Assembly (NCBI RefSeq): GCF_000698785.1
Contig: NZ_CP007536.1
Coordinates: forward strand, 2,250,001 to 2,282,000
Direction of reading: 5' to 3'
DNA length: 32,000 nt
From: Nitrososphaera viennensis EN76
GTDB lineage: Archaea; Thermoproteota; Nitrososphaeria; Nitrososphaerales; Nitrososphaeraceae
Shown: in pieces, positions 1 through 6,547 of the stretch
Layout of the letters: each line of letters opens with the position of its first letter
How positions within the stretch are numbered: position 1 is the stretch's first letter
Made by a program: the position numbers and the translations under genes
Notes under the pieces: model-generated
Seen by the model: only the letters and a program-made list of their open reading frames with translations
The model's database searches: none
What the model was told of the DNA's origin: nothing

Positions 1-59
1 TGCAGGCGTACGAGATGCGGCTTGACAGCGAGGGCGAGATCTACAGCGACAGCACCTAG
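1..59 (+). CDS. 3' end of an upstream element gene (partial; ...QAYEMRLDSEGEIYSDST*)
   Basis: Frame 3 is open from the window edge to the TAG at 57-59. That TAG forms the first 3 nt of the recurrent TAGTTCT motif. Confidence 0.35.
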   Translation, partial: QAYEMRLDSEGEIYSDST

Positions 60-67
60 TTCTATAT
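57..67 (+). promoter_or_regulatory. Element junction motif copy (TAGTTCTATAT)
   Basis: Exact TAGTTCT. The TAG is the stop codon of the upstream partial gene. The next ATG is at 66. Confidence 0.4.
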
Positions 68-365
68 GTGTAAAAAAGATGGTGAGTATTTGGGAGCATT
101 GGACCACATCAACAGAGAAGAGTTCCAGAATTTCCGCCAGGATGCCGGCGAGCACTTCAAGATGCTGCACGAGTGCGACAGGCGCATAGAGCGCAAGATA
201 GACGAGCTTGCCGCCCTGCTGGAGCCCGTGCTTGACGAGCACGCCCAGAGCATGGAAAGCAGGCGCGGCAGGCGTGAGGTCAAGATGCTTGCGATAGGCG
301 CCGCCCTTGGCGCGTTCTTTAGCGCAGTGACAGCCGCGATGCTGCTTCTTTTCCAGCTGGGCTAG
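66..365 (+). CDS. Small tail-anchored protein with a charged coiled-coil-like N-terminal part and one C-terminal TM helix
   Basis: 99-aa ORF with an ATG start. The hydrophobic C-terminus is MLAIGAALGAFFSAVTAAMLLLF. The gene ends in the junction-motif TAG. Confidence 0.6.
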   Translation: MCKKDGEYLGALDHINREEFQNFRQDAGEHFKMLHECDRRIERKIDELAALLEPVLDEHAQSMESRRGRREVKMLAIGAALGAFFSAVTAAMLLLFQLG

Positions 366-373
366 TTCTTTTT
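363..373 (+). promoter_or_regulatory. Element junction motif copy (TAGTTCTTTTT)
   Basis: The TAG is the stop codon of 66..365. The first T lies 35 nt before the ATG at 398. Confidence 0.5.
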
Positions 374-397
374 GCCCTTTTTCTGCAAGAGACTTTC

Positions 398-607
398 ATG
401 AGCGATCCATCCGTAGAAAAAGTGAGCCTGAACGCCAAGGAGATAATCCTTGCAATAGTGGTGTCTGCCGGGGCAGTCACGGCCCTGGTCTCTGCCGGCG
501 CGCTCTGGACCGGACACGCAGAGATAGCGGAAAAGGCGGGCCTTGCGTTTGTGAGCGGCATCGTGGGCTTTGGCGCGGGCATCGTGACTGCGCTGTGGGG
601 CCGCTAG
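398..607 (+). CDS. Small two-TM membrane protein (holin-like in size and topology only)
   Basis: 69-aa ORF with two hydrophobic segments. The ATG lies exactly 35 nt after the motif at 363, and the gene ends in the motif TAG at 605. Confidence 0.6.
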   Translation: MSDPSVEKVSLNAKEIILAIVVSAGAVTALVSAGALWTGHAEIAEKAGLAFVSGIVGFGAGIVTALWGR

Positions 608-615
608 TTCTTTTC
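605..615 (+). promoter_or_regulatory. Element junction motif copy (TAGTTCTTTTC)
   Basis: The TAG is the stop codon of 398..607. An in-frame GTG at 641 lies 36 nt downstream. Confidence 0.45.
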
Positions 616-631
616 TGGTTTTCTTTCATTT

Positions 632-1120
632 TTGTTGTTTGTGGGAGCAGCAGTAGAACATCTGTGCTTTACATTCGATGTCTGCGTAGTTGGTTTTGGA
701 CATTCTTCCTTAAGATGCATTGAATGTGGTCTTGTACTTGAAACTGAAAACTGTAAATGGGTTGCAATTGACGGCAGGCCAATATGCATAAAACATCATC
801 ATGATATCACATACACAGACGTTGAGAAAAACTATTCCAAGTTTATTGCAGGTACAACCAAACGTAATTTTACATTTGATCCGGAAACTGGAAAGGCATA
901 CGATGCAACTGATCCTGAATGCGCAAAGAAATTTTACGAAATATATGGAGACCGTAAAAACAACGTCGCCTTAATTGCCATAACTAATAATAGATCTAAT
1001 AGTCTGAATGATACTACAAAAAGAGCATTTCATAAACTGCAAAAAGAACAAAAAGATCGTTCGTTGGGAGGTGGATATCTGATGGAAACAAAACATACAC
1101 CGATATATCCTTCGCTGTAG
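632..1120 (+). CDS. Hypothetical Cys/His-containing protein inside the AT-rich insert
   Basis: ORF with only non-ATG starts available: TTG at 632/635 or GTG at 641. It contains CIECG...C...C.KHHH, a possible zinc-binding pattern. Its composition is clearly more AT-rich than the neighbouring genes. Confidence 0.4.
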   Translation: MLFVGAAVEHLCFTFDVCVVGFGHSSLRCIECGLVLETENCKWVAIDGRPICIKHHHDITYTDVEKNYSKFIAGTTKRNFTFDPETGKAYDATDPECAKKFYEIYGDRKNNVALIAITNNRSNSLNDTTKRAFHKLQKEQKDRSLGGGYLMETKHTPIYPSL

Positions 1121-1216
1121 CAGGACAAAACGACAGCGAGCTTGGAATGCTGTTAAAGCGCTATAAGCAAGAAGCAATATTGATTATCGGCAAGAACGGA
1201 AAAATAAGGTGGTTAT

Positions 1217-1408
1217 ATGAAGAGTGAACAAAAAAGACTGGGCGGGCTTAAGTTCAAGAACCCTTGGCCAACAAGAGTTGAAGGAGATGTGCTTCCTATA
1301 GCTGTCATCTATCGTCTAATGTTCTTGGGATTCTCTGACAGAGATCTTTCACCTGAAGCTAGAGAAGCTCTTTACGCATATACTGCTACATTTAGCGACA
1401 CACAATAG
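1217..1408 (+). CDS. Hypothetical small protein in the AT-rich insert
   Basis: 63-aa ORF with an ATG start preceded by AAGGTGG. No recognisable family. Confidence 0.35.
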   Translation: MKSEQKRLGGLKFKNPWPTRVEGDVLPIAVIYRLMFLGFSDRDLSPEAREALYAYTATFSDTQ

Positions 1409-1451
1409 AAAAAGGAATAATGACGACTGGTAACAACAACGACGTGTATAT

Positions 1452-1462
1452 TAGTTCTCAAT
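1452..1462 (+). promoter_or_regulatory. Element junction motif copy (TAGTTCTCAAT)
   Basis: This copy is not attached to a stop codon. It lies 35 nt before the ATG at 1487. Confidence 0.5.
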
Positions 1463-1486
1463 TTCTCCACCTTGTAACTTTATTGC

Positions 1487-1669
1487 ATGTCGTCATCATC
1501 ACCGCCCGTCTGTCCTTGGGACAACGAAAAACTGCAAGCACTTGAAGGCCGGTTCCAGTTCGTCTGCGAAAAGCACGGCGAAAGGGGCCGGTTCTTCTGG
1601 GACGTCGTGCTAAACGGCGCAGGCACGCTGGGCTCGTTCCGCTGGACAGACTACCCGCCTTCGGACTAG
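1487..1669 (+). CDS. Hypothetical small protein
   Basis: 60-aa ORF. The ATG lies exactly 35 nt after the motif at 1452. The composition matches the rest of the element. Confidence 0.5.
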   Translation: MSSSSPPVCPWDNEKLQALEGRFQFVCEKHGERGRFFWDVVLNGAGTLGSFRWTDYPPSD

Positions 1670-1675
1670 TAGTGT

Positions 1676-1686
1676 TAGTTCTCTTT
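1676..1686 (+). promoter_or_regulatory. Element junction motif copy (TAGTTCTCTTT)
   Basis: It lies 9 nt after the stop at 1667-1669 and 35 nt before the ATG at 1711. Confidence 0.5.
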
Positions 1687-1710
1687 TCCCTTTTCTTTCT
1701 TTTTGGTTTC

Positions 1711-2190
1711 ATGTCTGAAACCTGGAAGGTCGCCGGCCAGTCTTCCGACCTCACAAAAACTGTCGAGATGCTCGTGAAGGAAAAGCTGGAATCGCAGTGG
1801 ACAGAGACTGACCCGCCTGCTGCAAGCATTGACTTTGGAACCGGCTGGGGCGCCGGGATGACGAAAAACTATGCTGTGCACTGCCTTCATGCCTCTACCA
1901 CCTCGGCTCCTGTAGTGAACGGCTGGTCAAAGTACATGTACGAGACGCTTGTTGACGTGCACGTGTTTGCGCTGCGCACCACGCTTTTTGAGCCGGACCA
2001 GCTGCGAAAGATGCGACAGCACATTGACAAGATAATCGCACAGAACAAGGCGTCGCTTGGCCAGGGAATATCGTCGATGAGGCTCGTAAGGTGGACAGCC
2101 GCGCACGACCCAAAGGACATCACTGACACGCCGTACTGGCACCTTGTCGGCCACCACAAAATAACATACTACAAGGTCAACACCGCTTAG
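1711..2190 (+). CDS. Putative neck/tail-terminator-position protein
   Basis: The internal ATG at 1711 (MSETWK...) lies exactly 35 nt after the motif at 1676. The gene sits directly upstream of the putative major tail protein. The functional call rests on position only. Confidence 0.5.
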   Translation: MSETWKVAGQSSDLTKTVEMLVKEKLESQWTETDPPAASIDFGTGWGAGMTKNYAVHCLHASTTSAPVVNGWSKYMYETLVDVHVFALRTTLFEPDQLRKMRQHIDKIIAQNKASLGQGISSMRLVRWTAAHDPKDITDTPYWHLVGHHKITYYKVNTA

Positions 2191-2198
2191 TTCTCTTT
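2188..2198 (+). promoter_or_regulatory. Element junction motif copy (TAGTTCTCTTT)
   Basis: The TAG is the stop codon of 1711..2190. It lies 35 nt before the ATG at 2223. Confidence 0.5.
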
Positions 2199-2222
2199 AT
2201 TTTTCATGCCAAATCCTAATGC

Positions 2223-3101
2223 ATGTCGTATACCCCGACAGGCAGTTTTAACATACTGAAACGCCTCCAATTTGTTGAAGAAAGTACTTTTGGCCAAGCC
2301 CCTGCCTCTCCGTCGTTTGTGCTTGCAGGCCACAACGTCTCGCTGCGCGAGACCACCGAGGTCTCGGCGCAAAAGTACCGGGACCTCGGGAGCAGGGACC
2401 TGTACAAGATGCTAAAGACGGGCGAGATGTACTCCTTTGAGCTGCGCTACCAGCCGATAAACACCGCCCTTCTCAGGTACGGGACAGAGCTTCCAAACGG
2501 CGCTGGCACGATAGAAAAGTCGCTTGCGTTTGTCTACACGCAGCTCGTCAACGGGACGGAGACGTGGCACAGGTTCCTCGGCGCAAGGACAGACCAGGTG
2601 GAAATCGAGGTGACAGAGGCGTCCGTGCAGGTGTCGCACCGCTTTTTGTGCAAGGACATACCCGCCACCGTCACCGCAGACCCGTTCACCACGCCCACGT
2701 ACGCCGGCGCCGACACGTCGGCCCCGTACACGGGTGTCTCTTCCGGCTCCAACCCGCTTACCATAAACTCGGAGACGTACGACACGCCGCGCTTCAAGGT
2801 GTCGGTCAACTGGAACCTGGACGTCGTCAAGCCAAACGGCGAGGTGCAGGCCAAGTTCATCCTGCCCACAAACCGCGACATCACAGTCGAGTTTGACACG
2901 TGGGTCAAGGACGACGTGCTTCGCGCAGACACCAAGTCGCTTGCGGCAAGGTCTGCCAGCTACACCATTGCGCCCGGCAAGTCGCTCACGTTCACGGACC
3001 TGTACCTTGCAAAGCAGAGCAAGAACAACGACGCAAACGACGCCAAGGTCCTTATCGAGACGCTGACCGGGACTGCCAGGTCGATGTCGGTGAGCCCGTG
3101 A
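2223..3101 (+). CDS. Major virion structural protein, best guess major tail (tube) protein. A capsid role is not excluded.
   Basis: 292-aa ORF. It is immediately followed by the overlapping chaperone pair and then the tape measure gene, which is the canonical order major tail, G/GT, TMP. The ATG lies 35 nt after the motif at 2188. Confidence 0.5.
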   Translation: MSYTPTGSFNILKRLQFVEESTFGQAPASPSFVLAGHNVSLRETTEVSAQKYRDLGSRDLYKMLKTGEMYSFELRYQPINTALLRYGTELPNGAGTIEKSLAFVYTQLVNGTETWHRFLGARTDQVEIEVTEASVQVSHRFLCKDIPATVTADPFTTPTYAGADTSAPYTGVSSGSNPLTINSETYDTPRFKVSVNWNLDVVKPNGEVQAKFILPTNRDITVEFDTWVKDDVLRADTKSLAARSASYTIAPGKSLTFTDLYLAKQSKNNDANDAKVLIETLTGTARSMSVSP

Positions 3102-3466
3102 TGGCTGCTATCGAGTCAAGCCTCGAGGCTTTCTATGCCTCGCTTATCGAGGAGAACGAAAAGCGCATAATGGAGCACATGAAGCAGGATTCTTTTGACC
3201 TTTGCGGCAAAACTTTTCGCTACCGCAAGATAACCACCGCGCAGCACTTGGAGCTTGACAGGATGCAGGCGGGTATAGAGGACCTCGTGCTCGCCAAGGG
3301 CGCTACCAAGCTAGAGATAACCGCCAAGCTTGCAGAGATTTACCAGAAAAGGGCGCAGTACCACCTCGGCATGGACGCAGACACGTTCTATTCCCTTCCG
3401 TGGGAGGACGTAAAGCCGGTCCTCGACGCGTGCGTGAGGAGGACGCGCCGGGGCCACCCTTTGTGA
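3101..3466 (+). CDS. Tail assembly chaperone, G-like short product
   Basis: Its ATG overlaps the upstream TGA (ATGA at 3099-3103). The 121-aa acidic helical protein ends 1 codon after a C_CCT_TTG heptamer. Its position is between the major tail protein and the tape measure. Confidence 0.55.
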   Translation: MAAIESSLEAFYASLIEENEKRIMEHMKQDSFDLCGKTFRYRKITTAQHLELDRMQAGIEDLVLAKGATKLEITAKLAEIYQKRAQYHLGMDADTFYSLPWEDVKPVLDACVRRTRRGHPL

Positions 3467-3690
3467 GGCGTGACCTGGAAGTCTTGTACACGACAGGGGC
3501 GGTGCAGTGGTCCTGCCGCGAAAGCAAGGAGGTTTACGACATGGTGACTCTTGTCGAGATGGGCGTCTCGCTCAGGGACATTGCAGGCGACACGTACAGG
3601 GAAGACCTCAACTACCTGCTCTTTGTGCGGGACTTGAAGGCGCAGGCGTCGCGCAGCGGCCTGCTGGAAGGATTTCGGAGGGTGGGCTAG
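3101..3690 (+). CDS. Tail assembly chaperone, GT-like -1 frameshift product (predicted, about 196 aa)
   Basis: The -1 frame is open from 3400 to the TAG at 3688-3690 and overlaps the end of the zero-frame ORF. The X_XXY_YYZ heptamer C_CCT_TTG lies at 3457-3463 in the correct register. Confidence 0.45.
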
Positions 3691-3694
3691 TCTG

Positions 3695-4072
3695 GTGCTT
3701 TCGGTCAAGGGGGTAAGCGAGGCAATGCGCATACTGGACGAAGTGTCGCGCGAGCTTGCCGGAGGAGACATTGCCGGCGCAAGCCTTGAGGCGGTAGGCA
3801 AAGCAGCGCTGGATCTTGCCAACGCCCAGACTCCTGTCGACACGGGGCTGCTTGTCTCAAACAACAAGATGGAGATGAAAAGCAAGGCCGAGCTGGTGCT
3901 GTATAACGACACACCCTATGCAGGCCACGTCCACTATGGCACGTCAAGGATGCATCCAAGGCCGTTCTTCTACCCTGCCCTGCGCTTTCTCGAAGAGCGC
4001 TTTCCGCGGCTGTACGCGCAGGAAGTGGGCGCCTTTGTGCACAAGACGGTGTCGCTGAATTCTGCCAGGTAA
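3695..4072 (+). CDS. HK97 gp10-family head-tail/tail completion protein
   Basis: The sequence ...AQTPVDTGLLVSNN...YNDTPYAGHVHYGTSRMHPRPFFYPAL matches my memory of the HK97 gp10 family pattern (PxDTGxL ... Y...G). Possible starts are GTG at 3695 or ATG at 3725. Confidence 0.6.
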   Translation: MLSVKGVSEAMRILDEVSRELAGGDIAGASLEAVGKAALDLANAQTPVDTGLLVSNNKMEMKSKAELVLYNDTPYAGHVHYGTSRMHPRPFFYPALRFLEERFPRLYAQEVGAFVHKTVSLNSAR

Positions 4073-4080
4073 TTCTCTTG
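4070..4080 (+). promoter_or_regulatory. Element junction motif variant (TAATTCTCTTG)
   Basis: The TAA is the stop codon of 3695..4072. It lies 38 nt before the TTG at 4108. Confidence 0.4.
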
Positions 4081-4107
4081 GCTTGCTGCGGAGCATGAAC
4101 AGCAACA

Positions 4108-5892
4108 TTGAGCACATCATTTACTGCTATCCCTCTTGAATTTCTGATTAAACTCCAGGGCGAGGCGGAGGCACGGGCGCAGATACAGAGCCTCGGCGGC
4201 GCGTTTCAGAACTTTGGCAACGACGCGGCAACAGCCGCGTCAAAGGCAGACGGCGCGGCTGAAAGCAACGAAAAGGTAAAGGTGTCGTTCAAGGATACAA
4301 TCCAGGCATTCAACGACGTGGCAAGCTCGGCCACGACATTGTATAATGCCTACGATGACCTGGCTGACAAGCAGCTACGGATCGAAAAGGCAGAGGCCGC
4401 TGTCACTTCGGCCGAGAACAGCCTGACCTCTGCGCGCAACAAGCTGAACGAAATGACGGCCAAGGGGATCGCGTCGGGCCCAGAGTACGAGAAGCAGCTC
4501 TCCAAAGTCGAGGGCGCGGAAGAAAGGCTGACTCTGGCCACAAAAAATGTCGAAAAGGCGCAGGGCGACATGCAGGAGGCACAGATCAAGTTCGCCCTTG
4601 ACGTAGTGCCGACCGTCATATCGATGGCGTCAAGCCTGCAGATCGGCCTCCGCGGCCTCAGCGCGGCCAACTTTGGCGTGGCAACCAGCGCGCCGGCGGC
4701 CGGCGCGGGTATGCGCGGGGTTGGTACGGCCATGCGCGCCACGCTTGCGGCCATGGGGCCTGTTGGCTGGGTGCTCCTGGGCATTTCCGCTGCAATGACT
4801 ATTGTCGCCACCAACGCCTTTGGCGTGCGCGACGCGATAAACGAAATGGGCAAGAGGATAGGCGACGCAGTGCCCATACTAAAGCCATTGCTCGAAGGCT
4901 TGAACCAGCTTGCGGCAACGATATTTCCGGAATCTGCTTCCAGGGCCGAGGAGATGAACGCCCGGATGGACGCAAGTATGAAAGAAACTGCAAGTTCTAC
5001 AGCCAGCTCCATCACCGAGCAGTCAAGCAGCCTGTCGGACATGAACACTGCATATGCGCAGGCGCAGGAAAGCGTCACCAAGTCGATGCAGACAATGCAG
5101 GACAGCATTACGTCGTCTTCAACCGCGATAATCAAGCAGATCGATGAGCTTGAAGCCCGCATGAGCAGCATCGGCATCTCTGGCGGAATGATGGCAAAGA
5201 GCGCCGCAGACAGCCTCGCAGGACAGATGCAGAATCCCGGGACGCAAACGCCTCCTGCCGCCAGCTCTGCTGCAACGGATCTTGCAAAACAAGAGCAGGA
5301 CAAACAAGCGGCTGACCGCCTTGCAGTGCTCGACAAGCAAATATCCGACATGCGATCACAGATTGCGGCACTCGGTGGCGGCCTTGGTATTGAAAGGCTG
5401 CGCGAGCTTGGCTTTGACAGGGGAGCCGGGGGCGCGACTATGGGTAACCAGATAACCCAGTTGTTTGCACAGCTGGCACCCTTGGAGGACGAAAAAAAGG
5501 CAATTCTTGACGCGCAAGACAAGGCGGAAAAGGATGCCATTGCAGCAAAGTATGCAGAGTACGCTGACAAACTGAGGCTCCCGAAAAGCAAGATAACGAG
5601 TATGGAGCAGGGCTTGGCGGAGGGTTCAAGGCGCCAGACCGTGCTTGCGTACATGAATGCGCTTGCCGCACAGGCTGACCAACATGAGTCCAAAAATATC
5701 ACACTGCAGCTGAAAGAAAACTTGAACCTGTCAACCCAAGTCCTGCCAATGACTAAAGAAGAGGCGATCCGGGGCAGGTCTGACGCTGCGATGCACCCTT
5801 GGATGTATCCTGAAACAATGATAGTCGAGATAGGGGGCGAGCCGTTTGAAGCGTATGTCAAGAGGATACCTGTGAAGGATATGCCGACATAG
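4108..5892 (+). CDS. Tail tape measure protein
   Basis: 594 aa, long and rich in Ala/Gln/Glu. It has coiled-coil-like sequence with a central hydrophobic Gly/Ala-rich block (VVPTVISMASS...GWVLLGISAAMTIVATNAF). It is the largest gene of the module and lies downstream of the chaperone pair. TTG start. Confidence 0.8.
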   Translation: MSTSFTAIPLEFLIKLQGEAEARAQIQSLGGAFQNFGNDAATAASKADGAAESNEKVKVSFKDTIQAFNDVASSATTLYNAYDDLADKQLRIEKAEAAVTSAENSLTSARNKLNEMTAKGIASGPEYEKQLSKVEGAEERLTLATKNVEKAQGDMQEAQIKFALDVVPTVISMASSLQIGLRGLSAANFGVATSAPAAGAGMRGVGTAMRATLAAMGPVGWVLLGISAAMTIVATNAFGVRDAINEMGKRIGDAVPILKPLLEGLNQLAATIFPESASRAEEMNARMDASMKETASSTASSITEQSSSLSDMNTAYAQAQESVTKSMQTMQDSITSSSTAIIKQIDELEARMSSIGISGGMMAKSAADSLAGQMQNPGTQTPPAASSAATDLAKQEQDKQAADRLAVLDKQISDMRSQIAALGGGLGIERLRELGFDRGAGGATMGNQITQLFAQLAPLEDEKKAILDAQDKAEKDAIAAKYAEYADKLRLPKSKITSMEQGLAEGSRRQTVLAYMNALAAQADQHESKNITLQLKENLNLSTQVLPMTKEEAIRGRSDAAMHPWMYPETMIVEIGGEPFEAYVKRIPVKDMPT

Positions 5893-5936
5893 AATCAGAA
5901 TAGCTGAAATACTACCGGCAAAATAATAGAAAACCA

Positions 5937-6533
5937 GTGACTCTTCCAAAGGGGTACAGGCCGGAAAGGGTTCTCTGGCAGGACGACATCACCCAGGGCC
6001 TTTTCAGGCAAAGCGTGGTCGAGCACCGGGAAATAACCACGCTCCGGGTCATCAAGAACGAGGTCGGCATCAGGCTTGCAGACATTGACGAGATATTGGT
6101 AGTAAACACAGAGATAGAGTATGATTCGGTGTATCACGACAGGAGAAAAAACCGCGCGCTTGGCCCGGAGGGCAGATTCAACGCCAAGACACGGGTCATC
6201 GGCGACATCCAGTTTTTCCAGAACGGCAACCTTGTGCTTGTCCTCAACGATGTCTATGATCCAGAGGAAGTGGCAGGCATCGTGCGGTCTGCAAGGGCTG
6301 GAGCCGCCGAAGAACAGGCGCTGCGCAGGGTCAAAGAGGTCCTGGCCGGGCAAGCTCCTGTATCGGGCAGCAGGACTCCTGTGTCCTGCCCCTCATGTGC
6401 AGGCGAAAACCCTCCTGGATCTAATTTCTGCAACAAGTGCGGCGCCGCGCTTCCCCCTGGATGCCCAAAGTGCGGCAGCAGCAACCTGACCGGGTCTTCG
6501 TTCTGCAGCATGTGCGGCAGCCCTCTCAGCTAG
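5937..6533 (+). CDS. Distal-tail-position protein with a C-terminal double zinc ribbon
   Basis: 198-aa ORF directly after the tape measure gene. The C-terminus is CPSCAGENPPGSNFCNKCGAALPPGCPKCGSSNLTGSSFCSMCG, which is two CxxC...CxxC ribbons. GTG start. Confidence 0.6.
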   Translation: MTLPKGYRPERVLWQDDITQGLFRQSVVEHREITTLRVIKNEVGIRLADIDEILVVNTEIEYDSVYHDRRKNRALGPEGRFNAKTRVIGDIQFFQNGNLVLVLNDVYDPEEVAGIVRSARAGAAEEQALRRVKEVLAGQAPVSGSRTPVSCPSCAGENPPGSNFCNKCGAALPPGCPKCGSSNLTGSSFCSMCGSPLS

Positions 6534-6541
6534 TTCTCATT
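6531..6541 (+). promoter_or_regulatory. Element junction motif copy (TAGTTCTCATT)
   Basis: The TAG is the stop codon of 5937..6533. The ATG at 6548 is 17 nt downstream, and an in-frame GTG at 6569 is 38 nt downstream. Confidence 0.4.
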
Positions 6542-6547
6542 TTCCGG

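Noticed and set aside
4350-5861. 503-aa ORF on the minus strand, antisense to the tape measure gene
   Set aside because: It lies entirely inside a much better-supported + strand gene. Its Ser/Ala/Cys-rich low-complexity translation is what is expected from the reverse complement of an Ala/Gln/Glu-rich gene. There is no start context.
6437-6547. Upstream extension of the 6548..8185 gene to the start at 6437
   Set aside because: The extension would overlap the zinc-ribbon end of the preceding gene by about 100 nt and cross the junction motif. The extension is Arg/Gln-rich and looks non-coding.
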